DNA of 24,000 nucleotides from Pseudovibrio denitrificans JCM 12308 (GTDB lineage Bacteria; Pseudomonadota; Alphaproteobacteria; Rhizobiales; Stappiaceae): NCBI RefSeq assembly GCF_001310815.1, contig NZ_BAZK01000002.1, positions 86,443 to 110,442 of the forward strand, read 5' to 3'. Shown piece by piece: positions 14,947 to 24,000 of this stretch (position 1 is its first letter; each line of letters starts with the position of its first letter). The notes under the pieces were generated by a model. It saw only the letters and a program-made list of their open reading frames with translations, ran no database searches and was not told where the DNA came from. The position numbers and the translations under genes were made by a program.

Positions 14947-16589
14947 TTAGAGGTTCCGTGCCTTCTTTAGGTATTTCAACAAACCTTGGGTCGAACTGTC
15001 CTTGTTCGCTGCGGATTGACTGCCTTCAACCATTGGTAAAAGTTGAGTCGCGAGTTCTTTTCCTAGTTCAACACCCCACTGGTCGTAGGAGTTGATGTTC
15101 CATATTGCGCCTTCAACAAAGACGCGATGCTCATAGGACGCGATCAATCTACCCAGTGTGAATGGATCGAGACGATCATAGATGAGGGTGGTTGAAGGCC
15201 GGTTACCCGGGAACACCTTTTGTGGAGCTAGTTTGGCAATCTCTTCTTCAGACTTGCCATCTTTACGAAACTTGTCTTCAACCTCTTCCAAAGAGCGACC
15301 GCGGAGCAGGGCTTCACTCTGGGCAAGGCAGTTGGCAAGCAGGAGGTTGTGGTGGTTCTGCAGGTCGTCTTCGTGGCTGTTGGCAGCAACGAGGAACTCG
15401 CAAGGATGATGCTCGTACCCTGGTGGATCAGCTGGTAAAATGCGTGCTGACCGTTGGTGCCAGGTTCGCCCCAGACGATTGGGCCGGTTTCAGTTTCAAC
15501 AGCAGTGCCGTCTTTGGTGACGCTCTTGCCGTTGGATTCCATATCCAGCTGCTGCAAGTAAGCAGGGAAGCGGGAGAGGCGCTGATCGTACGGCAGCACA
15601 GCGCGGGTGTCGTAACCCAGTACGTTGCGATGCCAAACGCCGACAAGGCCCATCAGGAATGGGATGTTGTCTTCGATCGGTGCGGTGCGGAAGTGATTGT
15701 CCATGGCATGTGCACCGCCGAGGAAATCGGAGAATGCATCCGGACCAATGGCGATCATGAGTGGTAGACCGATGGCTGACCAGATGGAGTAACGACCGCC
15801 AACCCAGTCCCAGAACCCGAAGACGCGTTCTTCGGAGATGCCAAAGGCTGCGACTTTGTCCAGAGCGGTGGAGACTGCTGCAAAGTGTGCGCCAACTGCT
15901 TCTTCACCGCAGTGCTTTGCGATCCATTTGCGTGCGGTTGCCGCATTGGTCATGGTCTCAATCGTGGTGAAGGTCTTGCTGGCGATGATGAACAGCGTGG
16001 TTGCCGGGTTCAGCTTAGCCAGTGTGTCAGCGATATGAGCGCCGTCAACGTTGGAGACGTAATGCAGGTTCGGGCCGTCGTGGTATGGAGCCAAAGCCAA
16101 GGTGGTCATGACAGGACCAAGGTCGGAACCGCCAATGCCGATGTTGACAACATCGGTGAACTTCTCGCCGGAGTGGCTTGTGAGTTCGCCAGAGCGAATG
16201 CCTTCAGCGAAGTCGCCCATGTTGACGAGGACTTCGTTGATGTCTGGCATCACGTCTTTGCCGTCGACCAGAACAGGGTTCTCGGACTGATTGCGCAAAG
16301 CGGTGTGCAGAACAGCGCGGTCTTCAGTTGTGTTGATGTGCTCACCTGCGAACATGGCATCGCGCTTTGCTTCCACATTGGCAGCGCGTGCAAGCTCAAG
16401 CAGGAGCTCAAGAGTTTCTTCGGTTAGCTTGTTCTTGGAGAAATCGTAGAGCAGGTCATCAGCAGAACGGGAGAACTTGTCAAAACGAGAAGGATCTGCA
16501 GCGAAGAGATCAGTAATCTTGGTGGAATGAATGGCCTGAGCGTGCTCTTCAAGGCGCTTAAAGATATCTTTTGGATTTGCGGTCGGCAT
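14947..16589 (-). pseudogene. pgi: Glucose-6-phosphate isomerase (about 547 aa if repaired), with one missing base near 15405
   Basis: The N-terminal frame is ...[19 protein letters not shown]...[14 protein letters not shown]...[17 protein letters not shown]...[13 protein letters not shown]...[16 protein letters not shown]. The shifted frame continues ([40 protein letters not shown])LEEVEDKF...PGNRPSTTLIYDRLDPFTLGRLIASYEHRVFVEGAIWNINSYDQWGVELGKELA. I preferred ATG 16589 over the tracked TTG 16592. Confidence 0.95.
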
Positions 16590-16820
16590 CAAAGCTCCAT
16601 TTATTCTTGTAATAGCTTCTGGCTGGCAGCGAGTATCGCGCCTTGCAATTTACCCAAAAGCAGCCTGCGCGCTTTGTAAGGCGTGCAAACTGCTTTAAAG
16701 CTTTGTTTTTATGCGTACTCTTACCCGAAAGCCGGTGTCTGCTTATCGAGAATGTTGGCAGGTCTTTGATGTAAGACCCCGGGTAAGATATTCAATGCAA
16801 TCAATCGTGATGGTTCGCGA

Positions 16821-17461
16821 TCAAACAGTCAATGCAGCAGCTTCGCGAGCCCGCTTTTCGATGCCTGCCCAGTCTTCAGATTCAATTGCTTTTGCATCTG
16901 CAATCCAGGAGCCACCAACGCAGAGAACGTTTGGCAGCGCGAGGAAGTCACGTGCATTGCCAAGGTTGATACCACCAGTTGGGCAGAATTTAGCCGCAGC
17001 TAGTGGAGAAGACAGACCTTTCAACATTGGAGTGCCACCGGCTGGTACTGCCGGGAAGAACTTGAGGCGCTCATAGCCAGCTTCCAGAAGCTTCATCACT
17101 TCTGAAGCGGTTCCTGCGCCCGGCAGGAGGGGAGCTTGCGGGAAGTCTTCAGCTGCTGCGATCAGGTTGTCTGTTGCACCCGGTGAAACAACAAAGGTAG
17201 AGCCCGCTTTGACTGAGGCTTCGTACTGCTGATGATTGAGGACTGTGCCGGCGCCAACCAGTGCGCCTTCCACATTGTCAGCCACGGCTTTGATGCAGTC
17301 CAGTGCGTTTGGAGTGCGAAGCGTAATCTCGATGCCCGGAATACCGCCACGGACGAGCGCTTCTGCCATTGGAACTGCTTTTTTAGGGTCATTCACAATG
17401 AGAACTGCGATCACCGGGGCGGCGGTCATGATTGCTTCTACACGCTCGATATTCTGAGCCA

Positions 17462-17462
<1 letters not shown>
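16821..17462 (-). CDS. eda: 2-keto-3-deoxy-6-phosphogluconate (KDPG) / KHG aldolase, 213 aa
   Basis: The sequence is APVIAVLIVNDPKKAVPMAEALVRGGIPGIEITLRTPNALDCIKAV...GAGTVLN...VSPG...LLPGAGTASEVMKLLEAGYERLKFFPA...GGINLGNARDFLALPNVLCVGGSW, with the Schiff-base Lys context (LKFFPA). The ATG overlaps the edd stop (TAATG). Confidence 0.93.
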
Positions 17463-19334
<1,872 letters not shown>

Positions 19335-19542
19335 GTCTTGTGCTCTGCCTTTTGTTCTTTGACTTTTCATTAGCCAAACCGAACGGCCCTTAGCGGGATT
19401 GGGAGGAGGAGAATCCCTGTATTTAGCCGTTTTAATCGATTTAAATTATGAGCCTAATTTTTATTCTGACAACTCTGCCCATAGGCAACTTTGATTGTTT
19501 CGGGGATTGGCGCAAGTGGGAGAAATACTTGCTTGGGTGATG

Positions 19543-19564
19543 AGGTGCCGGTGGACCGGCACCT
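19543..19564 (-). terminator. Strong hairpin immediately after the zwf stop (9-bp GC-rich stem, no U-tract)
   Basis: AGGTGCCGG-tgga-CCGGCACCT lies 10 nt downstream of the zwf stop codon. No T-run follows, so it may be a terminator, an RNA-stability element or a REP-like element. Confidence 0.4.
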
Positions 19565-19573
19565 GATGCTTAA

Positions 19574-21044
19574 TCAGTAGGTTTCATCATGCCATGTACG
19601 GCCATCACGCTCGATGAGGGCGATGGAGGCTGATGGGCCCCAGGTGCCTGAGGTGTAAGGCTTTGGAGCTTCTTTGATCTGGGACCAGTGCTCAAGGATC
19701 GGGTCAATCCACTTCCATGCAGCTTCCACTTCGTCGCGGCGCATGAACAAGGTCTGATTACCACGGATCATATCCATGATGAGACGCTCATATGCATCCG
19801 GGTGGCGGGAGCTGAAGGCTTCCGCAAAAGTCATGTCCAGCGGCACTTCACGCAAGCGCATGGAGCCTGGGCCCGGGTCTTTAATCATCACCTGCATCTT
19901 CACGCCTTCATCAGGCTGCAGGCGGATGACCAGTTTGTTTGCTGCGATCCGGCCCGCGTCTGGCAGGAAAATGGAATGCGGCAAGTCTTTGAACTGGATG
20001 GTGATTTCAGAAACACGAGCAGCAAGACGCTTGCCGGTGCGCAGGTAGAATGGAACGTTGGCCCAACGCCAGTTCTCGATGTCTACCTTTGCCGCTACGA
20101 ATGTTTCGGTGCTTGAATCATCGCGGCCCAGCTCTTCCAGATAGCCCTTTACTGCGCCACCTGCGGAAGCGCCTGCGCGGTACTGACCGCGAACGGTGTT
20201 GCGTTCCACCATTTCAGCGCTCATTGGACGCAGGGCTTTGAGAACCTTCAGTTTTTCATCGCGAACACTGTCTGGTGCCATGGACTCAGGTGGTTCCATT
20301 GCGACGAGACAGAGGAGTTGGAGCAGGTGGTTCTGCACCATATCGCGCAGAGCGCCTGCGGTGTCGTAATAGCCGGCGCGGCTTTCGACGCCCAGTGTTT
20401 CAGCCACGGTGATCTGAACATGATCGATATGAGCTGCGTTCCAGAGCGGTTCGAACAGTACGTTGGCGAAGCGCAGAGCATGAGGTTCTGTACGGTTTCT
20501 TTGCCGAGGTAGTGGTCGATACGGAAGATCTGGTGTTCCTTGAAGACAGAACCGATGGTCTCGTTGACTTCGTGTGCGGACTTGCCGTTTTTGCCGATTG
20601 GCTTTTCGATGGTCACGCGGGACTTTTCTGTCACCAGATCGTGCTCACCGAGAGCGGAGCAGATTGGGCCGAAGAAGTCTGGAGAAACAGAGAGGTAGAA
20701 GCGCGAACAACGTCTTCGCGGCCAGAGAGCTTTTCTTCCAGCGCTTCCCAACCAGTGTTTTGCGCAACGTCTACAGCAACGTATTGGATACGAGCGAGGA
20801 AGCGTTCGAGTGCTTCCTGATCAACCTCTGCCACATGCTCGCAAATGGCCTTGCGGGCCCAGTCGCGGTATTCGGTGTCGCTGAGCTGACGGCGGGAGAC
20901 GGCGATGATGCGAGCGTCCTCACCCAGATGACCGACTGGTTCACGGTGATAGAGAGCCGGCAGCAGCTTGCGGTGTGCAAGGTCGCCGGTGCCTCCAAAT
21001 ACAACGAGATCAAATGGGTCTGATTGAGTTGGACGGTTCGCCAT
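19574..21044 (-). pseudogene. zwf: Glucose-6-phosphate 1-dehydrogenase (about 490 aa if repaired), with two missing bases near 20700 and 20479
   Basis: Three colinear ORF pieces make up the gene. The first is MANRPTQSDPFDLVVFGGTGDLAHRKLLPALYH...IIAVSRR...EDVVRA. The second is [23 protein letters not shown]...[20 protein letters not shown]...[17 protein letters not shown]. The third is ([24 protein letters not shown])[40 protein letters not shown]...RGQY...[14 protein letters not shown].... Confidence 0.95.
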
Positions 21045-21527
21045 GGAGTTCCCTTAGTCGTGAGCCGGTATCGGATATCCGACTTCAATTGCTTGGCATG
21101 CGTTTTTCAGTTGGAGAAATTGCAAGAGCAAGCCCGCAGGCCAACTGAATTAAATTTGATTGTAGAGTTGCGAGAGGCGCGGATCTGGGGCCGTAAGCTC
21201 GGCAGCTGGGCTGCTCTTATGTGCGTCAAAACTCATACAAAGGTTGCATTTATGAAATTGCACCTCTGTTTGATGCGGGTTTCATCAAATTGCAAGCAAA
21301 AATACGAATGTGCCTAGAAAGTAGGCAAATCAGACTGCCGAAAGGGGATCTGGAGACTAAAAAAATCTTGTTTCTGTGGGTTTTGTTTTCTCACTGACAT
21401 GATTTGTACAATTCCAACAAGCATTTGTATTGGCGGCATTGGGGAGCCCGCAATCTTTTGCTAGGCTTGCCCTTAGGGAAATAAAAGTGAGGGAGCAGCC
21501 CAAGTGCTTCCTCCGGGAGGACATCAC

Positions 21528-23243
21528 ATGGGATCTCGCCAGCAGAAGATTGCCGGTTTAAAAACACTCATCGATCAGGGGCAGGGCAATGCACCTGCTG
21601 ATCTTGTGCTGAAAAATGTTGAGCTGTTCAGTGTAATCGACGGCAGCCTGACCAAGACCGATATTGCAATCTCAGGCGAGAAGATTGTGGGCACCTATGA
21701 TACGTATGAAGGGCTAGAAGAGATAGACTGTAGCGGCAAGATCGCTGTTCCCGGCTTCATCGATACTCATCTGCACGTGGAATCATCCTTAGTTACTCCT
21801 TTTGAGTTCGACCGATGTGTGCTGCCCCATGGTGTGACGACTGCGATTTGTGATCCGCATGAGATTGCGAATGTGACTGGTGCTGCAGGGATCAAGTATT
21901 TCCTCGATAGTTCGCTGGAAACCATTTTGGATTTGCGGGTGAACCTGTCTTCCTGTGTGCCTGCGACCCAGTTTGAAACAGCGGGTGCGCGGTTGGAGAT
22001 TGATGACCTGATGCCGTTCAAAGATCATCCAAGTGTCATTGGTCTTGCGGAGTTCATGAACTTTCCGGGCGTTCTGGCAGGTGATCCTGATGCTTTGGCA
22101 AAGATTGCGGAGTTTGATGGTGAGCATATTGATGGCCATGCTCCACTGGTGCGCGGCAAGGCGCTGAACGGATATCTTGCTGCGGGAATTCGCACAGATC
22201 ATGAGGCGACGACTGCAGAAGAGGCGCTGGAGAAGATTTCCAAGGGGATGACAATTTTGATCCGTGAAGGGTCTGTCTCCAAGGATCTGGATGCGCTGGC
22301 TCCGGTGCTTACGCCTGAACGGGCAAGCTTTGTGGCTCTATGTACGGATGACCGGAACCCGCTGGATATTGCGGAAGAGGGACATCTGGACAGTCTCATC
22401 AAGCGTTTGATTGCGCATGGATGTGCGCCGCGTGATGTGTATCGGGCGGCGAGTTGGTCTGCGGCCAATGCGTTTGGACTTCGTGATCGTGGCCTGCTCG
22501 CGCCGGGATGGCGTGCAGATATCGTTCTGCTGAATGATCTGGAAAGCTGTGATGTAGATCAGGTGATCAGTGGTGGCCGTGTTGTGACCAATGCGTTGTT
22601 TGCGGGCCGAAAGCTGGTTGAGCCGGAAGGCTTGCTGGATAGCTGCCATGCAGAGCCGGTGCATGCTGAGAGCTTCCGTGTGCCTGCGCAGCGGGAAACA
22701 TCCGTGATTGGGGTGAAGCCGGGGCTTATCATCACTGAGCATTTAAAGGTGGATCTGCCGGTTGAGCATAACTTCTCTCAGATCGACCTGGGGCAGGATG
22801 CCATCAAAGTGGCAGTCGTGGAGCGGCATGGCAAGACTGGTAACATCGCGACCGGGTTCGTGAATGGCTTTGGCATGACAGCCGGGGCAATTGCATCTTC
22901 TGTTGGGCATGACAGTCACAACATCTGTGTGGTGGGTGCTGATGAAGAAGCGATGGCCACAGCAGTGAACAGATGCATTGCACTGCGTGGTGGCTTTGTT
23001 GTTGCAGATGGTGATCAGGTGCTGGCGGAGATGGAGTTGCCGCTTGCTGGATTGATGAGTCTGGAGCGATTTGAGGTGGTCAAAGAGCGTTTGGAAGAGC
23101 TGCGGGCTGCCGCAAAATCGCTCAATTGTGTGCTGCCGGAGCCGTTTTTGCAGGTCGCATTCTTGCCTCTTCCGGTTATTCCCCACCTTAAAATTACAGA
23201 TTTTGGCTTGTTTGATGTGTCGAGTTTTCAGCTCATACAATAG
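21528..23243 (+). CDS. ade: Adenine deaminase, 571 aa
   Basis: The sequence is [31 protein letters not shown]...[47 protein letters not shown]...[26 protein letters not shown]...GSVSKDL...CTDD...[11 protein letters not shown], which shows amidohydrolase metal-ligand motifs in the adenine deaminase arrangement. GGGAGGA lies 6 nt before ATG 21528, and the tracked GTG 21504 is an alternative start. Confidence 0.9.
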   Translation: MGSRQQKIAGLKTLIDQGQGNAPADLVLKNVELFSVIDGSLTKTDIAISGEKIVGTYDTYEGLEEIDCSGKIAVPGFIDTHLHVESSLVTPFEFDRCVLPHGVTTAICDPHEIANVTGAAGIKYFLDSSLETILDLRVNLSSCVPATQFETAGARLEIDDLMPFKDHPSVIGLAEFMNFPGVLAGDPDALAKIAEFDGEHIDGHAPLVRGKALNGYLAAGIRTDHEATTAEEALEKISKGMTILIREGSVSKDLDALAPVLTPERASFVALCTDDRNPLDIAEEGHLDSLIKRLIAHGCAPRDVYRAASWSAANAFGLRDRGLLAPGWRADIVLLNDLESCDVDQVISGGRVVTNALFAGRKLVEPEGLLDSCHAEPVHAESFRVPAQRETSVIGVKPGLIITEHLKVDLPVEHNFSQIDLGQDAIKVAVVERHGKTGNIATGFVNGFGMTAGAIASSVGHDSHNICVVGADEEAMATAVNRCIALRGGFVVADGDQVLAEMELPLAGLMSLERFEVVKERLEELRAAAKSLNCVLPEPFLQVAFLPLPVIPHLKITDFGLFDVSSFQLIQ

Positions 23244-23484
23244 AGCAGGGCGTTGATATCTCTGAGTTTCTCTAGAAAAAATCAGTGGAATGGAAGAAAG
23301 TGTCGCATTGAAGTTCAATCGTATGTCTGGGTTGACGTAATGGTCAGCCTATCCCAAATTCCACGCAAAGCATGATGAAATAAGGTTTTTCTGATATGTT
23401 GCGCACATGAACCTTGGCGCTCAGCTTCGGTTTCCTGTCAACTTCGTCTGAAGAACTATAATAATTCGGGGAGGAGATCTGCGC

Positions 23485-24000
23485 ATGGCGACAGGTCGTG
23501 AGGGACAAGTGGAATTTCCAATTCGTACTATCGATAGCTATCTGGATGATACCGTAAAGAACTATGCGCATCGTCCTGCTATCTATTTCATGGGCAAGAC
23601 AACAAGCTATGGCGAATTGGGAGATTTCGTTGAGCGTGCTGCGGGTGCCCTGCAGGCGATGGGCGTAAAGAAGGGCGACAAGGTTGGCCTTTGTCTGCCA
23701 AACACGCCGTACTACACCATCTTCTATTTTGCGATCATGAAAGTTGGCGGCGTCGTCGTGAACTTCAACCCGCTTTATGTTGAGCGCGAAATTGCGTTCC
23801 AGGCGCGGGATTCTGGTGCACGCATCATGGTGACCATGGATCTTTCCGTGATCTATGATCGTGTTGAAGCTGTTCGTCAGGAAGGCGCGCTGGACAACAT
23901 CATCGTCTGTCCAATGGCTGACATCCTGCCTCAGCCCAAGAAGCTGCTGTTCCAACTGTTCAAACGCAAAGACGTTTCCAACATTCCTGCTGACAGCGCT
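23485..24000 (+). CDS. AMP-dependent synthetase/ligase (long-chain fatty acid-CoA ligase-like), N-terminal 172 codons. It continues past the right edge.
   Basis: This gene is not in the ORF track because no stop is reached. My own translation from ATG 23485 (GGGGAGGAG 8 nt upstream) is MATGREGQVEFPIRTIDSYLDDTVKNYAHRPAIYFMGKTTSYGELGDFVERAAGALQAMGVKKGDKVGLCLPNTPYYTIFYFAIMKVGGVVVNFNPLYVEREIAFQARDSGARIMVTMD.... This is a typical acyl-CoA synthetase N-terminus. The tracked antisense ORF 23344..23955 is its shadow. Confidence 0.85.
   Translation, partial: MATGREGQVEFPIRTIDSYLDDTVKNYAHRPAIYFMGKTTSYGELGDFVERAAGALQAMGVKKGDKVGLCLPNTPYYTIFYFAIMKVGGVVVNFNPLYVEREIAFQARDSGARIMVTMDLSVIYDRVEAVRQEGALDNIIVCPMADILPQPKKLLFQLFKRKDVSNIPADSA

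Overview
This looks like a chromosomal segment from a moderate-GC proteobacterium. Gene content suggests an alphaproteobacterium, but that is a guess. All counts, alignments and folds below were done by eye, with no HMM, BLAST or folding run.

Contents from left to right:
- The 5' part of the acetolactate synthase large subunit (-), preceded by an Ile/Leu/Val-rich leader peptide and an attenuator terminator.
- Two tandem tRNA-Lys genes (CUU and UUU).
- A lower-GC stretch holding one orphan glycosyltransferase-like gene (-) and a long AT-rich spacer.
- A ~5 kb plus-strand cluster (3641-8706), which is the stand-out feature. It holds an ECF-like sigma factor, six genes with RebB (R-body / killing-trait) domains, and three genes I cannot assign to any family. 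One of the six RebB-domain genes is fused to a long low-complexity N-terminus, one is divergent, and three are tandem paralogues.
- Ordinary housekeeping genes: trhO, an SMP-30/gluconolactonase-family gene, an Lrp/AsnC regulator divergent from alanine dehydrogenase, a cupin-like gene, two paralogous glycine-zipper lipoproteins, pgi, eda, edd, zwf, adenine deaminase, and the start of an acyl-CoA ligase.

Ten reading-frame breaks interrupt otherwise well-conserved genes, and each is consistent with one missing base. This looks like systematic sequence error rather than gene decay. I saw no CRISPR array, transposase, integrase or rRNA.
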